In this document: one piece after another, positions 35,816-48,597 of the stretch
Layout: each line of letters opens with the position of its first letter
Position numbering within the stretch: the first letter of the stretch is position 1
NCBI GenBank assembly: GCA_047495785.1
Contig: JBLDXI010000036.1
Span: forward strand, 496,001-560,000
Direction: 5' to 3'
DNA: 64,000 nucleotides
DNA from: Lepidodermella squamata
Taxonomy: Eukaryota; Animalia; Gastrotricha
Made by a program: the position numbers and the translations under genes
The notes under the pieces: model-generated
Database searches by the model: none
What the model saw: only the letters and a program-made list of their open reading frames with translations
Told to the model about the DNA's origin: nothing

Positions 35816-38800
35816 TCAACCTGTGGACCAAGCTCGACTCGCTCCTCGCATCGTCAGCAAGTCGGCCGCTGCGGTTCTGTTTTGATAAATTGCTCGGTCA
35901 AGAGGCGTTTCACCATAGATATTCCTGACATCCTTATTTGCACCTCTATCCAGAAACAGTCGCGCTACATCGGCCCACCCGGACGAAACCGCAAACATCA
36001 AAGCCGTGTTGCCGTCTTTATCTTTGGCGCCGATAGCTGATTTGCGATCCAGTAACAGTCGAACCACTGCAACATGCCCTTTCGAAGCAGCTAACATCAG
36101 CGCGGTCCGGCTATTGTTACCTTTAGCATCGGCGGAGGCGTTGCGATCCAGCAACAGCCGAGCTACTTCGAATGTCCCATACGAAGCAGCATATGACAAA
36201 GCCGTGTCGCCATTGGAATCGCTAGCCTCAACGGCGGCCTTGCGATCTAGGAAAAGACTAACCACCGCGACTTGACCGCTACTTGCTGCACGCATCATAG
36301 CCGTCGAGCCGTAGTTATTCTTCGCCTCAATAGCAGCTTTACGGTCCAGCAATAGTCGAACTGCTTCGATCTGTCCAGCCATAGCCGCATGCATCAATGA
36401 CGTCATACCTTCGTTATCCTTAGCCTCGATGGCAGCATTGCGGTCTAGCAACAGGCGAAGTACTTCGATATGCCGGGTCCCAGCAGAAAACATCAGCGCC
36501 GTAATACCAAACCCTTCCCTCGCATCGATAGCAGCGTTGCGATCTAGCAGCAGTCGAACTACTTCGATTTTCCCATTTATAGCAACATTCATCAACGCCG
36601 TTATGCCTGCGTTGTTCTTCACCTCGATGTTAGCGTTGCGATCCAGTAATAAGCTGAGCACTTCGATTCGCTCCATAATAGCCGCCCACATCAAAGCCGT
36701 TTGGCCATCGTCACTTCTAGCCTCGATCGAAGCGTTGCGATCAAGCAACAGTCGTACAGCTTCGACTTTTCCTGCCATAGCGGCCCTTATCAATGCCGTT
36801 TTACCTTCGTTATCCTTCGCCTCGATGTTAGCTTTGCGATCTAATAACAATCGCAGTACTTCGATTTGCCCTTTAAAAGCCGCATGAAGTAGCGCCGTCC
36901 AGTTATCCATTCCCTTTGCCTCGATAGCAGCGTTGCGATCCAGTAGCAGTCGAACCACTTCGACATTCCCACCTATAGACGCAATCACCAACGCCGTCCA
37001 GCCATCGTTATTCTTAGCATCGATGGAAGCGTTCCGCTCCAGTAATAACCGGAGAACATCGATTCGCCCAATATTAGCCGCAATAATCAACGCTGTGTTG
37101 CCGGCGTTATTTTTCGCCTCGATTGCAGCGTTGCGATCCAACAATAGTCGAACTGCTTCGATTCGCCCAGCCGAAGCCGCATACATCAACGCCGTCTTAC
37201 CGTCGTTATCCTTTGCCTCGATGGCAGCACCGCGGGCTACCAGCAGTCGTAAGGTTTCAACTGGCGCACTGATAGCCGCATACATCAACCCAGTCTTACC
37301 GTCGTTATCCTTGGCTTCAATGGCAGCATTGCGATCTAGCAACAGTCGAACAACTTCGACATTCCCGATCCCAGCAGCAGACATCAACGCCGTCATGCCA
37401 TTTTTTACCCTCGCCTCGATAGCGGCATTGCGATCTAGCAACAGGCGAATCACATCGGTCTTCTCTATCGCAGCCGCAATCACCAAAGCTGTCCAACCGT
37501 CGTTATTCTCAGCATCGATAGCGGCGTTGCGATCCAGTAATAAGCGGACGACTTCAGTTTGCCTATTACTAACAGCATACAGCAACGCCGTAAAACCATT
37601 CGCACCTTTAGCCTCGATCGAAGCGTTGTGATCAAGCAACATTCGTACGGCTTCGACTGATCCATATATAGCCGCCACCATCAACGCCGTCTTGCCATCG
37701 TTATCCTTGGCCTCGATGTCAGCGTTGCGATCCAGCATTAAGCGGAGTACTTCGATTTGCCCTTTAAAAGCAGCATACATCAACGCCGTCAAGCCAGCGT
37801 TATTTTTAGCATTGATAGAAGCGTTTCGATCAAGCAACATTCGAGCTACTTCGTCATCCCCAAACATAGCCGTTTCCATCAAGGCAGTCCTTCCAAAGGC
37901 AGCGTCCTTAAGATTCACATCGGCACCACGATTCACCAACAGCCGAGCAATCTCCAGTCGCAGGGCTGGTTTTCGGGTGGAACACAGCCAAACACCCAAT
38001 AGCAGCGTGCTATTTCGTATAGCCGACCTATCGCAGGAGGACTCGTTTGGTTTGCGCCAGTTTGGGTCGAACTTGCCGCCAGTTGCATCGTCGATGTCGG
38101 CGACAAGTTGCCGCACTTGCTCAGCGTCGTCCGTCTCGGCTGTTACATTCCACAATTGGTCGTACACTTCGCGGATCTAAATGCAGACATGAAATAGAGA
38201 TTACCAATTGCATTTAGAACAGAAAGGCATAGAGGTATAGAGAACTGATTGAACTAGAAAAACTGGTTTCACAAATGTGCGACAGGTACGAATTCAAGCG
38301 CGTAACAAATATTTTGGAGAACCGCCCTCCCTTCTTACTACCGAATACTAACTGGTCTCTGCTGCTCTGACACGCAAGAACCAGGCTGGGACCACGTGAA
38401 GTTCGAGAGGCACAATATGGAAGCATTTCCTCGAATCGCAAAGTTTTGCTTGCAAGATATATTTCGCGTAGCTCCGATGCTCGACGGACCAGGGGATACG
38501 TTGCCGTTTCGGATCGTGCGAACAGCACCGCAGCCTTGACGTCACACATTACATGGGACGAGAGTGAAGCAATATATTTACTAACCTGTTGGATTGCATC
38601 TTCCACTTAGCACTGGGCGAAATGGAGGCACGCAAGAGGCAGTCGACACAGAGGCGGAGTAGGCATAGCCAGGGTTGCATTTAACACTCACCACGCCTCC
38701 TCTTTCCACCACTGTTCCAGGCCTTAGAACTACGCCAGTATCTTCCGAAGTTTCTGGGTCCACTCGGGTCACAAATCCTACAAATCCTGCGGTTACATTC

Positions 38801-40029
38801 GGTACGATACAAGACTGCTCGGGAGTAGTCGTTTGGCTTCGAACATCAGTGTTCTCCGAAATCCAATCAAGAACCTTGCAGACTCTGCTGTAGATAACTG
38901 GGCTGTCTCCGCTGCATGACTCGTCGCCATTCGAAATCAGGCCAAGCAGGTAAGTTCTCCTCGACATCGAACACATTAGCGGGCCCCCAGAATCAGCGAA
39001 GCAAACGTCGCTGCCATCGGCGGCTAAACACATTTTAGAATTGATGTTGACTGGATCAGAACGGCTGCGGGAATAATCCGTCGAGCAATTTCGGTAGGAC
39101 TGAACTTGAAGATCGAGCTTCCTCGGGATCTCAGATATTCTGACTGAAATACATACATGCCACGTAAAATCGGATGCTCTGTATTAATTTAAGATTTAAG
39201 TCACTTTATCCCTCATTTGCGAAATTTCCTCAAACCCAACCAAAGTAAAGTTATGCATGATCATGTTGAATAATGCATTCAAATCCACCTCGGAATTAGC
39301 TGGTTCATAATTTAATAATTTAATGAATACTGCATGAGCGTGGCTCACTTTGTGACAAATGACGCCAGCCAACTGCGACTGCCGAATCGCATCCGTCGAT
39401 CGAATTCGTTGTCAATGCGTTGGCTCGGCACATAGTACTCGCATCAGGTAGGCAAATCGGCCTGATCTCCTGCGAAAATCTAGTGACTGGGCTCATCAAC
39501 CGCAGGAGAGCGAAGTCAAAATCGTAGAAATTCTGACTTCCGCTGTATTGCGGATGAACCAAAGGCGGCAGGGACACAAGTGATTCGCGAGAGGCTGTCT
39601 CTGAACGAACACTGATGTTATGACGTCCCAACAACGCCTTGATCCTGTTCACAAACCCATTTCAGCCATCTGTTAGAGAAAATAACAGAATCACCTACAT
39701 AATTGGGGTGCTTCCGGCATTTAAAATGCAATCAGCAGCTGTTATCAGCCATTGCTTCGATATTAGAGTAGCTCCGCAATATGAGGCTGACGTTTCGCGG
39801 TTGTGATAAATTTCTAGCATAACCTTGAACGAGCATCCGTTTTCGGCGATAAGAAACTGATTTGAACAATACAAACCAGCCATGGGTAGTCGTTCGGTCC
39901 CGTCGGGTGACTGCCCGGGCCGCTTGATTTAGGCATCGCAGTAGGGATTACAGTGCCACATCCGAGATCTTGAGCAATTACAACTCCGTAAATCAGCCAA
40001 TGGTGAGCAAAAGCTATAAGAAGAAGCAT
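35816..40029 (-). CDS. Secreted trypsin-like pseudoprotease-CCP-CCP-ankyrin (~22 repeats) fusion, copy A
   Basis: Exons 40029-39877, 39823-39699, 39644-39349, 39143-38586, 38534-38353 and 38176-35816, all GT-AG and phase-compatible. Motifs TAADC (His lost), DFAL, ADSGGP. Two sushi-like modules. The ankyrin exon has no ATG of its own at its start. Confidence 0.8.
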
Positions 40030-40182
40030 TTCGAAATTTTCCTGCTAAAGTTGAGCTGAAGCCGCAACAAAAGGCTTGATAAATGCAAATTATCCTCCTC
40101 ATTGTTAAGTTTTACGTGAAACGTGTTCTCAAGTGTATTTGTTAGAGATACAGATAAAAACGTGACGTTTGTTTACAATGAA

Positions 40183-41060
40183 GAATAATGACGGGGGACA
40201 CCCCGTTGTCGTGGGTCGTCTTCGTTACGTGTGTCCGTACGTCAAGGAGGATATGAGTGCCCGCTTAAAAAACGCATCAAGGAGGATATGAGTCCCCGCT
40301 TAAAAAACGGGGTGTTCCCCGTCAACTGTCAAAGGCCGGAGGCCGACAGTGGTAATTCTATGCAAACTTTGGAAAACCTCAGGGTAGATTCAAATCTAAC
40401 AAATTTTAAACACGATAAGAGAAAAAAGGATTTGCAAGTGAAATTAAGTGCCAACAACCGGGAGCCATACTTCGCCAAGGAACCGGTTAAAGCAGTGGTT
40501 CTCAAACTATTATCGCTCCCGGCCAAAAATGGCGGCCGGTTGGTGACCTTTCTGGCCGCATTGTCGCCTGAGCCCTTAGCTATAATAAAAAAAGCACCTC
40601 CCGGTCGCACGCCGCGTTTATCAAGATTCGAAGTTTTTGAACGCGATTGTATGCGAAAGAAAGCGCATTTTGAAGCAGTACTTTTTGGGGTATAGCCACT
40701 ACTGTTGGGTAAATGGAAAACTTCAACTATCCTAAAAATTCCTGATCCATAACACCAAAACATGCTTTTTTAAATTGAGTCTTCCAGGCTTTTCAGACAA
40801 GTAAAAATGCTTAAATTGAATTCAATTATTCGAGCAAAGCGAGACAATTTTTCTGGCTTATTAAAATCGCCCAAAAAATCCAAAAGAAGCAACTGACCTT
40901 AAAGCCAAAAAACTTTGGAATAACTCAGGTCTGACATCAAATTCCTGATTCCTTTATTCTTTATTCCTTTCAAGTTCGCGAACAACAGTGGCGAAATGGT
41001 CACGCACACACCCACACAGATTTCAAAGATACAAAATATCGAGGCGCCTCACTACTGATG
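40183..41060. mobile_element. Possible Helentron/DINE-like non-autonomous element
   Basis: 5' hairpin GACGGGGG-ACA-CCCCGT, short GT- and CA-rich tracts, internal 35-bp tandem duplication (40242-40309). Boundaries uncertain. Confidence 0.3.
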
Positions 41061-42403
41061 TTAGAAATTTAGTTAGATCAAGCTTTTCCACATATTTTTT
41101 AAAATTGTAATGAGAATTATTGATATATTCAGTCGGTATTACATTCCATAGATTCCAATACACCTTGAAGCTAAAATTAAAGAGCAGTAATGTTTAAATT
41201 GCTAAAAGTTCCAGCGTGACATTTCATTGAGGCTAAATGAGGTCTCATTTCGTGAAGTATTGAAACTGAAGTCTGCGAGCGAAGCGACAAAGTTTCTAGA
41301 AAATAGAGGTGATTTATGATCCGGAAATATTATGCTGGAAGTATTTTAAAATCCTGAATTATTGGATTTGAAAGAGCCTTCCGGCCGCACGCAATGCAAG
41401 AGATAGGCTGACCTCTGCCGGCCGCCGAATTGGATACAGTATATTTTCAATACAGTGAACGCTGTTCGTGCCATCAAATTCGTTTACTATAACGAAAGTC
41501 CACTACAGTGATAATTGAAATTGAAAAGCGCTTTTTGAAGCTTCTTCAAGGGGCGAGCCGTGACAACTGCTGGTCCATTTGAGCGGTGCGGAAGTTGCGC
41601 CTAAGACCCTTAATCTAACCCGCAGTTATCTCCGGAAGTATGATGACTAACGAAATTCTGGAAACGGATTCTGATCTGCTGTGAAAAGTTCCCCCTCCGA
41701 GTGAAGAGAAATTTCAACTTGAAAGCCGCCTAAAAGCCCCCTACCGGAAGTAAAACTGATTTCACGATAGTTTCCTTACTATTATCGATATCGCCATGAA
41801 AATTTGAGATTTGCCGCTGAACACGATGCTGACATCGAATTGCCCGCGTCAGGTATCGAATATCGATTATCGATTATTGGTAACTGATCGAGTGATCGAT
41901 TTTTCAAAATTTAGCCAAATCGATTTCATGTGATACAGAGTGTAATCTTTCTAAAGTATTTCAGCTGTGCGGTATTGACCCTGGGGACATAATGACTCCT
42001 AGACGGTACCGGTTCAAACCAGTTTATACTTTATACTGGTTGGAGTTTAAACCGAATACCCTGCTATTCTGAGAACCTTGGTACAGTCGCCTGTCGAATT
42101 GAGCTAGAATGACCCAGGTACTTTGTTTAACGGGTTTCTCCATCTTACCACGGCTAGAAACCCTTTTATTTAATTTGAAATGCGAAAAAAATCGGCAGAA
42201 TACACTTTTCATCTTGCAGCGGTCATTTATTCATTAACAGTTCTAGAAGATCGGTGTGAGAATGAGAAAGGGAGAAAATAAAAATCTCTGTCTATCATCC
42301 ATATGGCTATTTACCGTGATATTATGAGCGCGACGGTTCACAGAAAATCCTGAGTCGAAACGTGAGAGAAACGAGTTCCTATATGCAATCACCAAGTCGC
42401 ATA

Positions 42404-45400
42404 TCAAGCGCAGGGTGGGGATTTCAGGCGACTTGCTCCTCGCGACACCAACAGATCGATCGCAGCTGTTTTCTTAAAATATATAGCCATTCCTAGGGCT
42501 GTACAGCCATCGCTAGTCTTGGAATCGATGACGGCTTTGCGATCTAGCAACAGCCCAATTACTTGCACTTGCTCAGACAAAACCGCTTGCATCAATGCCG
42601 TGTAGCCACTGTTATCCTTGGCCTCAATCGCAGCGCTGCGATCTAGCAACAGTCGAACTACTTCGGCTTGCCCAAACAAAGCCGCGTGCAACAATGCCGT
42701 CATACCTTCGTTATCCTTAGCCTCGATGGCAGCATTGCGATCCAGCAAAAGGCGTATTTCTTCGATTCGCCCACGCTTAGCCGCATGCATCAGCGCGGTT
42801 AGGCCGCCATAATCCTTTGCCTCAATAGCAGCGCTGCGATCTAGCAGCAGGCGAACCGCTTCGATTTTCCTTTCCATGACAGCATGCATCAACGCCGTGT
42901 AGCCAGATTTATCCTTTGCCTCGATTGCAGCGTTGCGATCCAGTAACAGCCGTTCAACTTCGACTTGGCCATTCATAGCCGCATGCATTAACGGCGTGTA
43001 GCCTTCGATATCAATGACTTCGATGGATGCGTTTCGGTCTAGCAGCAGTCGCACTGTTTCTACTTGCCCATTCTTAGCTGCATAAATTAGCGCTGTGCAG
43101 CTATCATCGTCCTTGCTCTCGATGGCAGCGTTTCGATCAAGCAGCAGTCGAACCACTTCGTTCGGTCCCCCCCAATCCTCCCCCATATCATCCCCAAACA
43201 TAGCCGCTTCCATCAAGGCAGTCCTTCCATAAGCAGCCTCCCTGAGATTCACATCGGCACCACGATTCACCAACAGCCGAGCAATCTCCAGTCGCACGGC
43301 TGGCTGTCGATTAGCGCATAGCCAAACGCTGTGCAGAAGTGTGCTATTTTGTGCTGTCCAACTATTGCAGTTAGATACGTTTGGGTTACGCCAGTTTGGG
43401 TCGAACTTGCCGCCAGTTGCAGCGTCGATGTCCGCAACAAGTTGCCGCACTTGCGCAGCGTCGCCCGTCTCGGCTGTTACATTCCACAATTGCTCGTACA
43501 CTTCACGGATCTAAGCGAAGATAAGTATCAAAAATTAAAAATAGAGATCCCAGATTTCTCAGCTATGGAGCATGTGAAAAATAATCAGTTTGAGGAGTGA
43601 ATGCTCTCATCCCATTTTTGCTAATCTGCCGTTTCTTTTTAAGGAGTTAACTCGGAAATTGAGAGAAGAGGATTCAATTATCATCAATTTTTCATCCAAA
43701 CCACTTTTATGCTTTTTCAAAGCAAATATGCTTGTCACCGTGATTGGAAAGGCTCCTAATTGCAAAGCTTAGCGACCAGAAAGGCCCAGAAATATTCCCA
43801 AAATTGTTAGTAAAACCGACATTATCACCACTTCCTGGCGGCCCCTGGGCACGAGTCCTCTGTGCCTATGCGTTGAAACCGCCCTGCTACTAAATACTTA
43901 CTGATCTTTGCTGCCTTGGCACGCAAGAACCAGGCTGGGACCACGTGAAGTTCGAGAGGCACAATATGGAAGCATTTCCTCGAATCGCAAAGTTTTGGTT
44001 GCAAGATATGCTTCGGGTAGCTCCGATGTTCGACAGACCAGGGGATACGTTGCCGTTTTGGATCGAGCGAACGGCACCGCAGCCTTGACGACTCGCAATA
44101 AAGAGGACGAGAGTGAAGCAATATTTTTACTAACCTGTTGGATTGCATCTTCCACTTAGCACTGGGAGAAATGGAGGCACGCAAGAGGCAGTCGACACAG
44201 AGGCGGAGTAGGCATAGCCAGGGTTGCATTTAACACTCACCACGCCTCCTCTTTCCACAAATGTACCAGGCCTCAGAACTGCGCCGTTAATTTGCGAAGT
44301 ATCTGAGTCCACTCTTGTCACAAATCCTGCGGTTACATTCGGTACGGTACAAGACTGCTCGGGAGTAGTCGTCCGACTTCCAACATCTGTGTTATCCGAA
44401 ATCCAATCAAGAACCTTGCAGACTCTGCTGTAGATGCCGGGAGTGTAACCGTTGCATGACTCATCGCCATTCGAAATTATTCCAAGCAGGTAAGTCTGCC
44501 TTGATTTCGAACACATGAGAGGACCCCCAGAATCTCCAAAGCAAACGTCGCTGTTACCGGCAGCGAAACACATCTTCGAATCGGTGATGTTGACTGGATC
44601 AGAACGGCCGCTGGAATATTCGAGCGAGCAATTTCGGTAAGATCGAACTTGAAGATCCAGCTTCCTCGGGATCTCAGAAAGTCTAGCTATATCGAGAGAG
44701 CGATTACGCTATTTGAGTCGTGGCAAGTGATTCGAGCATTCTCTATTTCGAACACTGGCCCCTCTGTAAATTTAAACTAGCTATTGCCTACTTTGCCCGA
44801 CTCTGCTATGAAAGAAAATTACATACTGTATGCAAAATGTCCCCAGCCAACCGCGACCGCCGAATCGCATCCGTCGATCGAATTCGCGGTGAACGAGTTG
44901 GCTCGGCACATGGTACTAGCGTCGGGTAAACAAATCGGCCTGATCTGCTGCGAGAATGTAGTGACCGGGCTCATCAACCGCAGGAGAGCGAAGTCAAAGT
45001 CGTAGAAATTCTGACTTCCGCTGTATTGCGGATGGACTAAAGGTGGCAGAGCCACGAGGGATTCGCGAGAGGCTGTCTCAGACTGAACACTGATGTTATG
45101 CCGCCCTAGCAGCGCTTTCATCCTGCACAGAAAACTTATTAACACCATCTGATAGAGGAATCGCCGAACCACCTACAATATTGGGGTATCTCCTGCATTC
45201 CAAACGCAATGAGCAGCTGTAATCAGCCATTGCTTCGAGATGAGTGAAGCTCCGCAGTAAGAGGCTGAGGTTTCGCGGCTGTTGTAAATCTCAAGAAAGA
45301 CCTTAAAAAAACGTGTTTTTCGGTGGCATGAAACATATTAATATGAAGTCAAACCAGCCACGGGTATTCATTTGCTTCAGCTGGGTGACTGCCCGGGCCT

Positions 45401-45495
45401 CTTGATTTCGCCGCTGTGGAAGAAACTACAGTACCGCATTCTTGAGCAGTGACAACTCCGGAAATCAGCCCAAGGAAAGCGACAGCTTTAAGCAT
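42404..45495 (-). CDS. Secreted trypsin-like serine protease-CCP-CCP-ankyrin (~9 repeats) fusion, copy B
   Basis: Signal MLKAVAFLGLISGVVTA. Intact TAAHC, DFAL and GDSGGP with Asp at the S1 position. Two CCP modules. Donor TCA|GTAAGT at 43902/43901 and acceptor TTAG|ATC at 43510 join in phase 0 to the ankyrin ORF. Confidence 0.82.
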
Positions 45496-46032
45496 TTCGA
45501 AGAAATGTTCGAGCAACTTTCAGCTAAAGCTTGAAAGTTGAAACTTGATGAATGCAATTCATGCTCTTACGTGCTTAACCTTATGTGAAGCTTGCATGCA
45601 AGTGTTTTCCTTCTAATGAGTTTTCTCTCGTGTTTAATTCTTCGTTTGTAATAATAATAAGACTTAAAAGCGTGATGACTACGTTGACAGTTTTTTTACT
45701 ATTGGGGAAAAGCTCAGCTAAGATTCAATACAGAGCAATTGAAGAGGCGATGCTGGAAGTGGTGGCTTGAAAGTCTACCAGTTTACAAAGTAGGATCCTC
45801 GAGCCGGGGGAAGGAGGAGATCATTATTCATTATTTCAGATATCTGAATTCATGCTTTCGGTAGATGGAATGGCATCGAACATCGCTCGCTTTTTAGTTG
45901 AAAGTTGAAATGACATTTTTTTATTTTGGCAAAAACAGGAAAAGAAAAAAATTTTCTATTCCTAGCAGGCTCCGGGATCCAAGATCGCACCCTGAGTGTA
46001 TTATTAGCCAATCAGAATAAAGCAGTTCAAAG

Positions 46033-47145
46033 TTAATCAAATTTCAAATATCGAAGCAAGGCAGGCGGTAAAACACCGTTTAATCCGTTATCTATAGCAT
46101 CGAGACGTTCCTTACAACCAGTTGGCAGGCGGTTCAGAATCACCATTCTGCACATCGCCTGTAGGTTCATCGGAAAAAGCTGCGATACATGGGGCATCAC
46201 AATATCCCGCAATCTAGGGCTTTCAACGCCATCGCCGGTTCGCGGATTGCAATTCTCCGGGTTGAATGACGATGTCATTCTTGCGAAGAGAAGAATTTCA
46301 AACAAGCGGTCGTCCAGTTGGCTCGGATTCTCGATCCTTTCATAGGCCCATCTTGTCAATATGAGGCTAGTGAAAATCTCATCTTTAGCGCAGCACGCGC
46401 ACATCATACCAGCCTTTACCAGGGTTTCGAAAAACTCTGCCATGATACCGCTTGGGAAAGCAATGAACCGCATCCCGCCTAGATCAAACGATTCTGTGTT
46501 GCGGAGAAACAAGTATACTATACATAACCACTGTTTGTCCTCGGGGGGATGAGTAGTCTCTAGATGCGCACCGGATTCGATGAGAAAATTTGCAATCTCG
46601 TAACAATCCATGAGGTAGGCAGATTTCAGTGGAGTTGATCTGCCGCTTGGGAGATTCACATTGGCCCCACGAGCTACCAGAAGTTCAACCAACGGCCTCA
46701 GCTTTGAGAACACACACAATTTCAAAGCTGTGCATTGACTTGTTTGATCGATGTAATCAATTTCGGCACCGTGGTCTAGTAATACGCTAACTGTTTTTAA
46801 ACGGTCTTCGATACGTCGGCTATCTCGATGTTGTTGTGTTGTACGCAGTGAAACAGTGTCGACTTCAAGCCCTCGGGCATCATATAGATCGCAAGCTGCT
46901 GTTAAGCACGTGTGATGCGATGTGAGAAGTTGAACATTTGGATAGAATCCTTTAGTTTCCAAGTTGACTGTTCGCGATGATAACAGGTAACTAAGACATT
47001 TGTGGCTTGATGTAGCGCTGACTACCCGAGCGATTTTATCGGCGCCTAGCACTGAAACAGCATTATCGAGGTCAGACGTGAAGAAGGCAAGGTCGTCGTC
47101 TTCGCAGGCCTGGGCAAATTTCGCAACGTTGAAATTGCTGCTCAT
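46033..47145 (-). CDS. Ankyrin-repeat and SOCS-box protein (ASB-like), paralog of 31549-32664
   Basis: Collinear, highly similar 370-aa ORF with the SOCS box PMNLQAMCR...LPPALLRYL. Confidence 0.88.
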   Translation of the reverse strand: MSSNFNVAKFAQACEDDDLAFFTSDLDNAVSVLGADKIARVVSATSSHKCLSYLLSSRTVNLETKGFYPNVQLLTSHHTCLTAACDLYDARGLEVDTVSLRTTQQHRDSRRIEDRLKTVSVLLDHGAEIDYIDQTSQCTALKLCVFSKLRPLVELLVARGANVNLPSGRSTPLKSAYLMDCYEIANFLIESGAHLETTHPPEDKQWLCIVYLFLRNTESFDLGGMRFIAFPSGIMAEFFETLVKAGMMCACCAKDEIFTSLILTRWAYERIENPSQLDDRLFEILLFARMTSSFNPENCNPRTGDGVESPRLRDIVMPHVSQLFPMNLQAMCRMVILNRLPTGCKERLDAIDNGLNGVLPPALLRYLKFD

Positions 47146-48597
47146 TTCAAAAGTGCGTAATAGCCTAATGATATGAAGATATAAAAAGAGGAAAAACTCG
47201 GAAAATCGAAATAAATATTTACCCTACAAATTGCATATCGTCGAATGGAGAGATTTCCAACCGCGGATAATTTTTTCAAACATTTCAAAAAATTACCGGA
47301 CGAGTCAACCGTGGCAGAACAGTGGCAATTTTGCCCAAAAAACACCAAATATAGCGATTTTTGGCCAATTTTAGAAAAATTATCTCGAAATGTTCCGATT
47401 TTTGCCCACTGGGCCACGCTCAGTGGCAGACACAAAAAATATACCTTATTAAAACCGTTGAGAAAAGGGGTAGGGGTAAGTATATTTAATCGGCGTAAAC
47501 TATCAAACCTTATGAAGCCAGCCAGGTTCAGGGATTGAGTTTAAAATTCGCAATTTTCGTGCTTTTTTATCATACGTTTTGCTCTTTGCCCGCTTCGCTC
47601 GCAAATATCCAGTTTCCTTTTGTTTTACATTTCTCAAGCTGAAATTCCCCATTCTCTTCCGACCCAATTATCAATGATATGGAATCTGGAATTTGCCTGG
47701 AAGGAAGTTTGAAGGAGACCTACAATGCTGTCCTATTTAGAGAAAAACCAGCTACGAAAAATGCTCATTTTCGCATTATTAGGGGCGGGTCACAGAAAAA
47801 ATAGGCTAGCTTCGCTCGCATCCTAAACCTTACTGTTATATTTTTTTGTTTCCCTGATATAATAGCTATGTAGAAGATCTTACTCCCCTAGAACAGCATC
47901 GAATACTTTAGGCTTAAAGCTTTAAAAAATAACATCATCTGTGGTTTTTTATTAGTGTATTAACTAGCTTTTGCGAACTTCGAACAATGAAAAGCAGCTT
48001 GGCGTAAAAAATTGAAAACGAAATTTTAAATTGGCGTACGCTTTTTTGCAATTTCTTTCAAGTGGCAGACACTTTCGAGTCACGAAAAAAAATCGGAGGA
48101 CTGCTCTAAGGGACCACAAAGTTTACCAGGTATCATTAGATATTAGATAGAGGGCCGTTTCTAGTATTTATGAGCAGAAAATCAAAATTTGCGAAAGAGT
48201 TACGTGTAACTTTTTCAGTTTTTGAAATAAATTTAAAATACAATGGGCAGATAGGGCGTTAGGTGGCATACAAGTGCTCGCGTGCCGTTCTCTTTGCAAA
48301 TTCAGCTCGAATAAATTCTCGAAGAAAGATCGTTACATTCATCCCAACTCTTACAGTGTTGTCTATGGGATGAAATATCAATTCAATCCTCCTATACCGT
48401 AAGCAAATTTCTGGTCAAACCTTCAATTTCGGGATGTCAGCCTGTCATTCTTACTCACAATTTGTAAATTATTAAGCAAATCTAAAATGAAGCAGTCGAT
48501 TGATTATGAACATATCGCATGCCTGATTTTAAGTATTGTGTGTATTGATTTTAAAAAAGCCAGGTCGTAGTCAACAAGCAATATTTATTCAATTCAC

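Noticed and set aside
36006-38180. Long plus-strand ORFs and a 99-bp periodicity resembling a repeat-spacer array
   Set aside because: They are antisense shadows of the ankyrin codons. The period equals 33 codons, there are no cas genes and the context is eukaryotic, so this is not CRISPR.
38214-38606. ORFs MEDAIQQVSK... (also 43898-44155)
   Set aside because: Wrong-frame reading of the second CCP exon. The spliced frame gives a canonical sushi Cys/Trp pattern.
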